Of a stretch of DNA of 64,000 nucleotides, positions 43,054 through 51,807 are shown piece after piece (position 1 is the first letter of the stretch; the number at the start of each line of letters is the position of its first letter). The stretch covers positions 22,846 through 86,845 of the forward strand of contig CAXULY010000023.1 of assembly GCA_964252075.1 (NCBI GenBank). Direction: 5' to 3'. The translations under genes were made by a program, and so were the position numbers. Below the pieces are notes generated by a model, which was given only the letters and a program-made list of their open reading frames with translations, did no database searches and was not told the DNA's origin. The stretch comes from an uncultured Deinococcaceae bacterium. Lineage in GTDB: Bacteria > Deinococcota > Deinococci > Deinococcales > Deinococcaceae.

Positions 43054-43628
43054 CCTGGTTCCTCGCGGCCCTGATCGGCCTGTTGTCCGGGATCGCCCTC
43101 GCGAACTGGTGGCACGGCATGCTCCACGCGGGTCGAACCCCCGAGGCGCGCGTGCTGTGGGCCATCGGGCACGGCGAGTGCTACGCCTTCAGCATCGCCA
43201 GTCTGCTCGGCCTGTCCAGCGGCGCGCTGTACCCCATCCTCGTCCGCCTGGAGCGACAGGGCGTCATCATGCGGGCTTTCGAGGCCGGGCCGGAACCCCG
43301 CCGCGTGCAGTACCGGCTGATCGAAGACAGCCAGCCGGGCGACCGCGAGCTGACCGAGACGGTGATGGTGCCGCTCCTCGGCGCCGCGATGGAAGCCAAA
43401 CTCGCGCGCGCCCGCGCGAACGGCCGCGGCGGCTGGGAGCGTCCGGAGGAGTGCAGCGTCACCCACCTGTGGGACTGCCTGCACGAGCACATCCACAAGG
43501 ACAACTTGGACATGGTCGACGTCGCCAACCTCGCCGGCATGGTGCGGTGGCGCCTCCAGACGGTGCCCGGCGACCGCGAGCAGCTGGCTGCGCACGTCAC
43601 CGCGCAGCGCGAGGGCGGGCGGGCGTGA
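43047..43628 (+). CDS. TM + PadR-like wHTH + helical (MazG-like?) domain protein
   Basis: SGALYPILVRLERQG...RRVQYRL; KLARARANGRGGW...VDVANL. Confidence 0.7.
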   Translation: MLTWFLAALIGLLSGIALANWWHGMLHAGRTPEARVLWAIGHGECYAFSIASLLGLSSGALYPILVRLERQGVIMRAFEAGPEPRRVQYRLIEDSQPGDRELTETVMVPLLGAAMEAKLARARANGRGGWERPEECSVTHLWDCLHEHIHKDNLDMVDVANLAGMVRWRLQTVPGDREQLAAHVTAQREGGRA

Positions 43629-43722
43629 TCGTCGTGATCGCCCTGCTGTCCGTGGTCGTCCTGGCCTGCGTCATCTCCGCCAGTCGCACCGAACAGCAGT
43701 CCGAAAGGAGCGCTGAAACGCC

Positions 43723-44070
43723 TTGACCTCGACCAACCATGACGTGCAGGTGCAGTTCATCTGCGAGGTGCCGGCACACGAGAAGCCGTTCTTCGAGCAG
43801 CACAAGGCGGCGGCCACCGCCGCCATGAGCGCGACCCTGCTCGGCCTGTTCGACCTGCCGGTCCAGACGCCCGCCGAGATGCTCGTCAAGTACACCAACC
43901 GCTGGCAGCTGCTCGAAGCCAACTCCACGCTCGGCCACCCCAGAGTCCCGCTTCCCGCTGAGGTCATGGGCGCGTTCCTCGGGGTGGCCGTGACGCTGCA
44001 CCTGCTGCTGGACCCCACCTGGCACAGCAGCGCCACCGACCTGAAAGGACCCCGCCAGCATGACGCTTGA
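43723..44070 (+). CDS. Hypothetical phage protein
   Basis: AAGGAG RBS, TTG start. Confidence 0.6.
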   Translation: MTSTNHDVQVQFICEVPAHEKPFFEQHKAAATAAMSATLLGLFDLPVQTPAEMLVKYTNRWQLLEANSTLGHPRVPLPAEVMGAFLGVAVTLHLLLDPTWHSSATDLKGPRQHDA

Positions 44071-44644
44071 CTTCGCCTTCGAAGGCATCCGCTTTGACCC
44101 CGGCGTTCGCCCCCACCCGCGCGCCTTCGTGGGCTGGGCGGACGTGCAGCCGCGCGACATGAGCTGGGGGTACGTCATTGACCCGAACGACCCCGAGCAA
44201 CGCAAGCAGCACGTGCTGGCCGACCAGTGGATCGTGTACTTCGCGGACGGCTCCATCAAGGTCCTGACGGACGAGCAGTTCGAGCACCTGCGCTTTCCGG
44301 ACGGGTACGCCAACACCGCGCAGGCCGTGCTCAGTGACCCTTCGCCAGCGTCCATGGCCGAGCCTTACGTCGAGGTGTTCAACCACGGGCCCGGCGCCGG
44401 CATCGAAGTGATGATCTACGCGGGGCGCTGGACGCCCGCCATGATGCAAGACGTCGAGCGCTTCCTGGAGGAGGAGCCGGAGCGGCCTGAGTACGGCGAG
44501 ACCGGCGCCTGGGTGCGCATCCCGGCGGTGTTCGAGCGCGCGAGCGAGCCGGAGATCGGTATCTTCCCTGGCTGGGGCCTGGACGCACAGCGCGCGCAGG
44601 TACTGACCGACGATCAGGTCCAGGAGCGCGCGCATGACGCCTAA
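44060..44644 (+). CDS. Hypothetical phage protein
   Basis: AAAGGA RBS, codon bias. Confidence 0.7.
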   Translation: MTLDFAFEGIRFDPGVRPHPRAFVGWADVQPRDMSWGYVIDPNDPEQRKQHVLADQWIVYFADGSIKVLTDEQFEHLRFPDGYANTAQAVLSDPSPASMAEPYVEVFNHGPGAGIEVMIYAGRWTPAMMQDVERFLEEEPERPEYGETGAWVRIPAVFERASEPEIGIFPGWGLDAQRAQVLTDDQVQERAHDA

Positions 44645-45140
44645 GGAAACGCAGGCCGCCGAGCTGACGCGCCTGCGCAGCGAGAACGAGCAGCTCCGGC
44701 GCGTCACCGTGGATCTGCACTGGATGGCCCGAAGGTACGCCGACGGCCGTCAGTCCTACGCCCCCAGCCTCTTCAACGACCACGTCCGCACCCTGCTCGC
44801 GCTCGGCGTGCCGCTGAACGCCACCGGCGACCAGACCATCTGGGCGGCGGACGGCAACCCCCGCTGCATGGACGTCACGCCGGAGGACATGGGCCCAGAG
44901 TGGGCGCACTACCAGAACGTCATCGACAGCGTGATGGCCGGCGCCGAGCGCCTGCGACTCCGCGCCGAAGCGGGCGAGAAGCAGGTGCGGGCCATCAGGG
45001 ACTACACGGTCGAGTTGCGGGCCAGGGAACAGGCGCTGCCGCTCGGGAATTATCAGGCGGGTCCCTTCCAGGAAGTCCTGCGGACGCTCGACCAGCTGCT
45101 GCACCCCGAGCCCGCACCGACCGTGGAGCGGCCGTCGTGA
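44634..45140 (+). CDS. Hypothetical phage protein
   Basis: AGGAG RBS; LHWMARRYADGR. Confidence 0.7.
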   Translation: MTPKETQAAELTRLRSENEQLRRVTVDLHWMARRYADGRQSYAPSLFNDHVRTLLALGVPLNATGDQTIWAADGNPRCMDVTPEDMGPEWAHYQNVIDSVMAGAERLRLRAEAGEKQVRAIRDYTVELRAREQALPLGNYQAGPFQEVLRTLDQLLHPEPAPTVERPS

Positions 45141-45586
45141 CGCCACGAATGGAAGTCCCGGCTGGACCGGCGTACGAGCGCTTCATCCGCGCCCCTGGCT
45201 GGCGCGGGTGGCTGGGTGAAGGCACCTACGAGCCTGAGCTGCCCAGCGAGCGCCGCGATCACAACCCCAAGCCCGGCGACCCCGTGATGGTCCGCGTGTG
45301 GTTCCCCGAGCCCGGCGCGCGCGGCTGGTTGCTCGGGCGCGGCCACTGGGAACAGCAGGCCAAAGACCCGGTGCCGGTCATTCCAGGGCGACTCTACCGG
45401 CACCGCAAGGGTGGGCATTACCTGGTGCTGCAGCGCGCGCTCGATGAGGCCACGCTGCGCCGGGTGGTCGTGTACCAGTCCACCGACCCGCGCGATGGGC
45501 GCGTCTGGGTTCGCCCGTACGGGCAGTTTTCGGATGGGCGCTTCACGCTGCTCGATGCCCTCCCTAACCCCGAGGTTCAACCATGA
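45137..45586 (+). CDS. DUF1653-like protein
   Basis: YRHRKGGHY.V...A..E....VVVYQ....VWVRP...F..GRF. Confidence 0.75.
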   Translation: MTPRMEVPAGPAYERFIRAPGWRGWLGEGTYEPELPSERRDHNPKPGDPVMVRVWFPEPGARGWLLGRGHWEQQAKDPVPVIPGRLYRHRKGGHYLVLQRALDEATLRRVVVYQSTDPRDGRVWVRPYGQFSDGRFTLLDALPNPEVQP

Positions 45587-45879
45587 GCACGATTCACTCT
45601 GACGCCCGCGTGGGCATTGACGACATTGACCTCCAAGCCAGCAAAAGGGGTCTCCGCGTCACCCTGACCGTCCCCGGCATCGTCGGCCCCCTCACCCCCG
45701 CACAGGTGGAGTACTGGCGCGAGCAGGTCCGCCTATTCGACGACTCGCGGCTGCTGCTGGCCGACGTGAAACGGCTGGTGCGCGCCTTGCGGACGGTGCC
45801 CGAAGACCAGCGGTCCCCCGAGCAGGTCGAGGTGCTCAAGCGGTTCGTTCAGTTTGACACCAGCGAGGTTCAACCATGA
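45583..45879 (+). CDS. Hypothetical phage protein
   Basis: ATGA-coupled; flanked by a 16-bp direct repeat. Confidence 0.65.
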   Translation: MSTIHSDARVGIDDIDLQASKRGLRVTLTVPGIVGPLTPAQVEYWREQVRLFDDSRLLLADVKRLVRALRTVPEDQRSPEQVEVLKRFVQFDTSEVQP

Positions 45880-46640
45880 CGGCCGCCCAGGACCTCCTGG
45901 AAGTCCTCACGCCCGAAGAGCGCGCGCGCCGCGCGGAACTCGAAGAGCAGGTCCTCGTCGGCGCGCACGCCGCGCTGCTGGCCGGGCGGGCGCTGCGCGA
46001 GATCCGCGACGCGCGCCTGTACCGCGACACGCACGCGACCTTCGAGCTGTACGTCACGGACCGCTTCCGGTTCAGCCGCCAGCGTGGATACCAGCTCATC
46101 CAGTACGCCGAGATCTCGGACGAGGCGGAGGAAGCCGGGCTGGTGCTCAGCAACGAACGCATCGCCCGCGCACTCAGCACCGTGAACGAGGACCACCGCG
46201 CCGAAGCCCTCCAGGTGCTGAGCGAAGTGACCGGCCCCAACCCCAGCACCGCCGAGGTGAAGGCCGTGGTGGACGCGGTGCGCGACCTGGCGCACGGCGC
46301 GGCCGTCGAGCACCCCGTGACCGGCCAGCCCGTGCCGTGGAACAGCCTGCCACCCGAGCAGCGCGCCCCCGCACTGGGACGCGCGGTGCAGCGCGGCGCG
46401 AAGGACCGCACGGACTTCCAGGGCACCGACGACGTGAAGCCGTGGGAGTGGACGGACGGCATCCGCCGCACCGCCCAGGGCTCCATCCACTTCGACAAGG
46501 ACGGGTACCGCGTCGAAATCACCGACACCGTGACCGGGAAGTACTGGATCACCAGGACCGCCGCGCGGAGCATGTTCGACGCCATCCGCGCGGCCCGCGC
46601 CCTGATCGAGGGCGAGACCACGCCAGAGGACGCGCCGTGA
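45876..46640 (+). CDS. Hypothetical phage protein
   Basis: ALREIRDARLYR.TH.TFE.Y...RF.FSR..GYQLI, a motif common in mobile elements. Confidence 0.7.
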   Translation: MTAAQDLLEVLTPEERARRAELEEQVLVGAHAALLAGRALREIRDARLYRDTHATFELYVTDRFRFSRQRGYQLIQYAEISDEAEEAGLVLSNERIARALSTVNEDHRAEALQVLSEVTGPNPSTAEVKAVVDAVRDLAHGAAVEHPVTGQPVPWNSLPPEQRAPALGRAVQRGAKDRTDFQGTDDVKPWEWTDGIRRTAQGSIHFDKDGYRVEITDTVTGKYWITRTAARSMFDAIRAARALIEGETTPEDAP

Positions 46641-48145
46641 TCAGCACCGACACCGCCGCCGTGATCTTCGCGCACTGCGACGCCTGCCACGCCACCGCCG
46701 AGCTGTTCGTCGGGCAGATCACCGAGCGGCCCCCCGTCAGCGAGTACCACCTGCACCTCACCACCCGCCTCGGCTGGACCATGAACGGCCAGACGACCCT
46801 CTGCAGGACCTGCGTGCAGCAGGGGAAAGGACCCACCATGACGCAGCCGCTCTCGGCCCTCGTCACGAACCTCGAAGGCCTCGCGTTTCCGCTGCCCGCT
46901 CTGCGCAAGTCCCGCCAGCTGCTGCTGGAGCAGCTCGCGGATTACGACCGTGCCATCGAGGAGGGCGAGCATGCGGCGCGCGTGCTGGCGCACCTGCACC
47001 AGGCGCTGGAGGCGGCGCAGGCCAGCCCGGTGCTGCCCGAGCCGCAACAGTCCATCCCCGCGCCGGAGCAAAGCGCAGCGCTGGAGCAGGCCGGAGTGGA
47101 CGCTGTGCATGTCGCGTTTGACCTGCCCGCGCCCAAGCCGGTGGTGACGATGGACGCAGCAGAGGTCGCGACCCACGTCTCCCCCGCCGAGGCCGCGCAG
47201 CTGGTGGAGCTGGGCCTGGAATTGGAGCGGCAGGCGCTTGACCTGGAAGCGTCCATGGCGAGCAGCACCGGCCCCGAGCCCGCCGCCGACGAGGACCACG
47301 GGCAGCCGCAGGTGGCCGCCCAGGTCGAGGACCAGACAGAAGTGCCTGCCGCAGCACACGACGCACCCCAGGAAGCGCCGGAGTCTGCCGCGCCCGCCGA
47401 GGAGGAAGCACAGGACGCGTACTACGGGGCGCCCGAGCGCCTCCGCGATTGGTGGCGGCACAACGCACAGCAGGGGCGCGAGTACACCGGCCGTGAGGTC
47501 GCCGCGGCGTCCGGCGTGACGCTCTCCTCGGTGAAGACCCTGCTGCCGAACCTCGTGAAGCTCGGCGAGATCCGCTGCACCCGCGCGGGCGAGCGCGGCA
47601 ACCCGAACCCCGCCCTGTACGCCCTGCCCGCCGACGAGGCGGCCGCGCCAGAGCCCGAAGCGCCCGCAGAGTCCATCCCGCTGTCCCTCGGTGCCCGCGT
47701 CCTGGCGCAGCTGGGCTCCGACCCCAGCATCTGGTACACGCCCGCGCAGCTGGCCGCCACCCTGCAGCTTTCCGCCGATGCGGTGCGCGAAACCCTCGAC
47801 CAGCTGGTGCGGAACAACGTCGTCACCCGCCGCGGCGCCGGGAACCGCAGCGGCGTGTACACGTTCCGCCACGGCGCGGACGACACGCCCATCCCACCCG
47901 ACGTGCAGGACGCCCCCACCGTGGCCCTCACTGAACCGCCGCGCCTGCCCTCCGACCAGCGGCAGGTGTGGTCGCAGCTCAGCAAGGCGCGCGACGGCCT
48001 GACGCGCGGGCACCTCATGAGCCGCTGCAACTGGACGGGCAGCATGACCGACAAGGTCCTCGGCGCGATGGAGCGTGAAGGCCTCGTCGGCCGCAACGGC
48101 GCCAAGTTCGTGCTCATGGCCGCCATGCAGGAGGCCGCGAGTTGA
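46637..48145 (+). CDS. Multi-wHTH protein; N-terminal Zn-finger segment may be separate (alternative ATG 46838)
   Basis: CDAC...CRTC, then three wHTH-like repeats (YT..EVAA.SG, YTPAQLAA.L, GLTRGHL). Confidence 0.65.
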   Translation: MISTDTAAVIFAHCDACHATAELFVGQITERPPVSEYHLHLTTRLGWTMNGQTTLCRTCVQQGKGPTMTQPLSALVTNLEGLAFPLPALRKSRQLLLEQLADYDRAIEEGEHAARVLAHLHQALEAAQASPVLPEPQQSIPAPEQSAALEQAGVDAVHVAFDLPAPKPVVTMDAAEVATHVSPAEAAQLVELGLELERQALDLEASMASSTGPEPAADEDHGQPQVAAQVEDQTEVPAAAHDAPQEAPESAAPAEEEAQDAYYGAPERLRDWWRHNAQQGREYTGREVAAASGVTLSSVKTLLPNLVKLGEIRCTRAGERGNPNPALYALPADEAAAPEPEAPAESIPLSLGARVLAQLGSDPSIWYTPAQLAATLQLSADAVRETLDQLVRNNVVTRRGAGNRSGVYTFRHGADDTPIPPDVQDAPTVALTEPPRLPSDQRQVWSQLSKARDGLTRGHLMSRCNWTGSMTDKVLGAMEREGLVGRNGAKFVLMAAMQEAAS

Positions 48146-48831
48146 GCCGCATCAAGACCGACTGGACCGACCTGGACGCCGCCGAGGCGTCCCTGAAGGC
48201 CAGCGAGATGGAATGCCGGGCGCAGCTGTCCGCAGCGCGAAGCGCGATCCTGGACCTCCTGCCCGAAGCGGCGCGCGACCAGCTGTACGCGCTCCTCAAC
48301 CTCACGCAGGACGTCGAGCACGCGCTCGCCTCCCGGCAGGCGCTGAAAGCCATCCGGCACCACCACATCCGACCGGCGCAGCAGGACCCCGACCAGCTCG
48401 CGACGCTCCAGCGCAAGAACGAAGCCCTCCGGCGCCAGATCGAGCAACTGCAGGGCTCGAAGCGCGTGAAGGCCAGCGTCGCCAGCATCGAGCGGCAGCG
48501 GGTGGCAGAGCGCCGCATCCTGGCGCTGGAGGCAGAGGTGGAACGCCTGCGCCACCCGCACCGCTTCCAGCCGGCGGAACCCACGCCGGTCGCCCGCGCG
48601 CTGGAGCGGAAGGCGGACCGCCCGCCGACGCAACCTCCCGCCCAGGTGCAGCGCGTCGCGCGGCGCGTCGAGGAGTTCGTGAGGCGCTGCGACGGGCAGG
48701 CCAGCACCAAACAGGAGGTCAGCGCGGCGCTGGAGAGCGACCTCACGTACCTGCCGGACGCCTACCGCCACCTGCACGCGTCGCAGCGCGTGCGCGTCAC
48801 CGGCAACCGCCTGGAGATCTGGCTGTCGTGA
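48142..48831 (+). CDS. Coiled-coil hypothetical protein
   Basis: TTGA overlap; GGAGG RBS. Confidence 0.65.
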   Translation: MSRIKTDWTDLDAAEASLKASEMECRAQLSAARSAILDLLPEAARDQLYALLNLTQDVEHALASRQALKAIRHHHIRPAQQDPDQLATLQRKNEALRRQIEQLQGSKRVKASVASIERQRVAERRILALEAEVERLRHPHRFQPAEPTPVARALERKADRPPTQPPAQVQRVARRVEEFVRRCDGQASTKQEVSAALESDLTYLPDAYRHLHASQRVRVTGNRLEIWLS

Positions 48832-49271
48832 CGCGCGGCACCGTCGACCTCGAAGCGTACCTGCGTCGCCACCGGGCGAACCCGCGCATCGTCGCGGGCC
48901 TCGCCCGGCAGGGCGTCACGCCCGACACGGCGCGCGGCGTGCAGGCGAAGGCGAAGGCGAAGCCCGGCGAGGCGACCATGGCGCTCCTCGCCGAGCACCT
49001 CACGCAGGCATGCATCCCCTTCGAGCGCGAGCACCGCTTCGCCCCGCCGCGCCGCTGGAGGTTGGACTTCTGGCTCGCGCACGCGCGCCTCGCCGTGGAA
49101 ATCGACGGCGGGGTTCACGCCATCCGCAAGCAGTTCAAGAGCGACGTCGAGAAGCACCGCGCCATCGCCCGCCTGGGCCTCACCCTGTACCGCTTCACGC
49201 CCGAAGAGGTGCGCGACCGCACCGCCATTCACACCATTCGGATTTTCCCGGGGGTTCTCCATGACCAGTGA
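48828..49271 (+). CDS. DUF559/Vsr-like endonuclease
   Basis: EHRF.P.RRWRLDF.....LAVEIDGG. Confidence 0.85.
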   Translation: MTRGTVDLEAYLRRHRANPRIVAGLARQGVTPDTARGVQAKAKAKPGEATMALLAEHLTQACIPFEREHRFAPPRRWRLDFWLAHARLAVEIDGGVHAIRKQFKSDVEKHRAIARLGLTLYRFTPEEVRDRTAIHTIRIFPGVLHDQ

Positions 49272-49689
49272 TGCACCAACCGCCCAAGATGTCCGACAAA
49301 TCGAGCAGCTGCCTCAGGTGCTGCGCGAGATCGCCGAGCTGGCGCCTGAGTGCGTGAAGTACCGACCCGAGCGCAGCGCAGGCCTCTTCGTGGTGACGGG
49401 CTTCGGCTACGCCAACTTCCTAGGCACCGACTGGCAACAGACGGGAGAGGTTGTGTTCCCGGTGCAGCACCTCGCCATCTTGCAGGCCGCCCTGCAGGCG
49501 CTGTGCGAGGCGCGCGGGTGGTGGGCATACATCGAACTGCGGGACAACAGCAAGGGCGAGCGCATGAGCAGTGCGAGCGTTGCCCCTGACCCGAGTGAGC
49601 GAGGCCCACGTTACTCGTTCCGCGCCGACTCGTCCGCCCTGGCGCTCGCGCTGGCCGTGCGCGCGGCCCTCCAGGCGGTGAACCAGTGA
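49261..49689 (+). CDS. Hypothetical phage protein
   Basis: Overlaps upstream gene; protein-like composition. Confidence 0.6.
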   Translation: MTSDAPTAQDVRQIEQLPQVLREIAELAPECVKYRPERSAGLFVVTGFGYANFLGTDWQQTGEVVFPVQHLAILQAALQALCEARGWWAYIELRDNSKGERMSSASVAPDPSERGPRYSFRADSSALALALAVRAALQAVNQ

Positions 49690-49696
49690 GCGCCGA

Positions 49697-49924
49697 TCAG
49701 TGTGGGCCAGCATCACCAGAGATGTCAATGGCAAGGATTGTGGTGGGCTCATCGGCTTTCCAGTGGTGTGCCAGGAAGCCCACAACACGGAAGGTGCGAC
49801 CACCGAGGTGCAGCCTTTGGTTCACCTGCGGAAGCGCACCTTGGGTCAAGTGGGTGATCTTCACCAGCAACTCGCAGTCATTTCCGCCAAGGGGTTCAAC
49901 GACGGGGCGTGAAGTCGGAAACAT
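49697..49924 (-). CDS. Antisense small protein A (75 aa)
   Basis: MFPTSRP...LPQVNQRLHLGGRTFRVVG; TAGCGT 5 nt before ATG. Confidence 0.6.
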   Translation of the reverse strand: MFPTSRPVVEPLGGNDCELLVKITHLTQGALPQVNQRLHLGGRTFRVVGFLAHHWKADEPTTILAIDISGDAGPH

Positions 49925-50140
49925 GGGCCACGCTATCCGTGAGCATCCTGAGAAGCCCCGGCGAGCGATGACGAGGCGAGCACATCTTTTCGCGTCAGCA
50001 CACAATTCCGCTCAAGGCGTGTTCGCGCGCTCCTCATCCTTTCGGAGGCCGATTATGGCGTGGGCATCCTGCCCCCTCCGTATCCGCGCTGCTTTCACGC
50101 CACGAGCGGGTCACCGCGGGGGTGAGGGGTGAAGCGCGCC

Positions 50141-50365
50141 TCAGCTGAGGGCTTCTTCGGCTTCCGCGGTGTCTTCGACCGCGAGGACAACGGGACCATG
50201 CCCGTCGCCGTAATCCAGGATGCCCACCACGAGCAGCGGCTGCTTCTCCGCGTGCATCCGCTGGCCGATGCGCGGGATGTCGGCGCCCTTGACCAGCTCG
50301 AGCACGTACAGCTCAGCGGCCTTCTCGGGCGCCAACAGGCGGGCGGCGACCACAGGGTTCCTCAT
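50141..50365 (-). CDS. Antisense small protein B (74 aa)
   Basis: MRNPVV...IPRIGQRMHAEKQPLLVVG; TAGGGT 7 nt before ATG. Confidence 0.6.
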   Translation of the reverse strand: MRNPVVAARLLAPEKAAELYVLELVKGADIPRIGQRMHAEKQPLLVVGILDYGDGHGPVVLAVEDTAEAEEALS

Positions 50366-50466
50366 ACCTTCCACCCTAGGCGCCCTCAAGGTGGCGCAGC
50401 GACCGAACGGACCAAGGGGCCTTGGTCTCCGCCACGCGCGGTTCGTGGCCGTAGGCTTGATGCGCG

Positions 50467-50703
50467 TCAAGGGGGTGACGCGTGACCATCCGTCCGCACA
50501 GCCTGCTGGGCTGCACGCCCTTCCTCGGTCAGCTCGTACCATCCGTGTCTTCGTCTCCGGAGCAGACGCGAAGCCGACAGGAACCGCAGTTGCGAATGAA
50601 CCGTGGACCGTTTGGTGCCTTCTGGAAGCAGCGCCAGCAACTGCAGGGTGTTCGCTTCCCCTGCGGGAAACACGGCCAGAATCGCGTCTTGAGTCGTCCC
50701 CAT
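50467..50703 (-). CDS. Antisense winged-HTH protein (78 aa)
   Basis: TQDAIL...RSTVHSQLRFL....LLRRRRHGWYELTEEG. Confidence 0.65.
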   Translation of the reverse strand: MGTTQDAILAVFPAGEANTLQLLALLPEGTKRSTVHSQLRFLSASRLLRRRRHGWYELTEEGRAAQQAVRTDGHASPP

Positions 50704-51056
50704 ACCCACATCGTGTCATTCGGAAGCGCCGTTGGATCTGAATGGACCATTGGGGGCAGGGGATGACAGGGGCACCCATGAGCGACCAGCACGCGCTGCT
50801 CCCCCTCACAGGGCCCCTCACCTGCCTGCTGGTGGCTGTCGTGCTGCTGGGCCTGATCATCTGCATCCTTGCGTCTCTCCTGCTTGACGCACCAGCGCGA
50901 GCGGTCACTCCAGCAGCGCCTCACGGCCGTCACGGGCCAGCGGGACGCCTGCTGGACCCGCAACCTCGAAGCGCGCCGCGCCGCCACCCACACGTACTTC
51001 ACCGACGAACTGGACGGCACCACGTGAAAAGGCATGGCCGCCTGGCGGTCGCTTTT

Positions 51057-51281
51057 CTAGTGCAGGGTGATGTCGGCACTCGGCTCATCCACGAAGTCCG
51101 CGATGACCCGCGCGCCCAGGGTGGCGCGGTGCTTCCGGACGACTGCCGTGACCCGGAAGCGACCGATGAACGTCTCAATGACGGTCCCGATCAGCGGCGT
51201 GCCGAAGTACGGGACCAGGTCAATGGCGGCCACGCCGCCCGGTCCGATCTCCATCTGCAGCACCACACCGAGCGCGTCCAT
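51057..51281 (-). CDS. Antisense small protein C (74 aa)
   Basis: MDALGVV...TPLIGTVIETFIGRFRVTAV; TAAGGT 5 nt before ATG. Confidence 0.6.
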   Translation of the reverse strand: MDALGVVLQMEIGPGGVAAIDLVPYFGTPLIGTVIETFIGRFRVTAVVRKHRATLGARVIADFVDEPSADITLH

Positions 51282-51304
51282 GGTCCACCTTACTGGAGAC
51301 ACCC

Positions 51305-51505
51305 TTGAACCTCGACGTCGCGCACGAAGCCATGCGCTGGCGCGCCGCCCGTCAGGCGCACGAGGCCCGCCTGATCGACGCGGCCACGTTCCGCCGTGCG
51401 ACGGTGCGCGCCGCGCGCGTGATGCTCCGCGCGCAGCACTGGGAGCTCTACACCCTCCTGATCCGGGAGCTGGTGCAGCTCGCCCACCTGAAAGACCAGC
51501 CATGA
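51305..51505 (+). CDS. Hypothetical phage protein
   Basis: GGAG RBS, TTG start, coupled. Confidence 0.55.
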   Translation: MNLDVAHEAMRWRAARQAHEARLIDAATFRRATVRAARVMLRAQHWELYTLLIRELVQLAHLKDQP

Positions 51506-51807
51506 CCGCCACCCTCACCCACCGGGAGCTGCCCTTGCCACTCACACCGCCCCAGCACGACGAATACCGTCTCCTCACCGCCCTGGACAGCGAACCCAAA
51601 GCCCTGTATGTCGCTCTCGAAGCTGCCGGACTGAAGGCCGAAGGCGCCGAACTCACGCCGTACCACCGTCACCTGCTGTACCAGGCCACGCGGCAGTACC
51701 AGACCGCCCGCTTCACGGAGCGCGATGGGCAGCGCGGCCTCGTGCTGACCGGCATCGGCGAAGCGCGGCGCGCAGTCCTCGCCGCGCAGCTGGAGCGTCC
51801 CGCGTGA
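51502..51807 (+). CDS. Hypothetical phage protein
   Basis: ATGA-coupled; LTGIGEAR wing-like end. Confidence 0.6.
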   Translation: MTATLTHRELPLPLTPPQHDEYRLLTALDSEPKALYVALEAAGLKAEGAELTPYHRHLLYQATRQYQTARFTERDGQRGLVLTGIGEARRAVLAAQLERPA

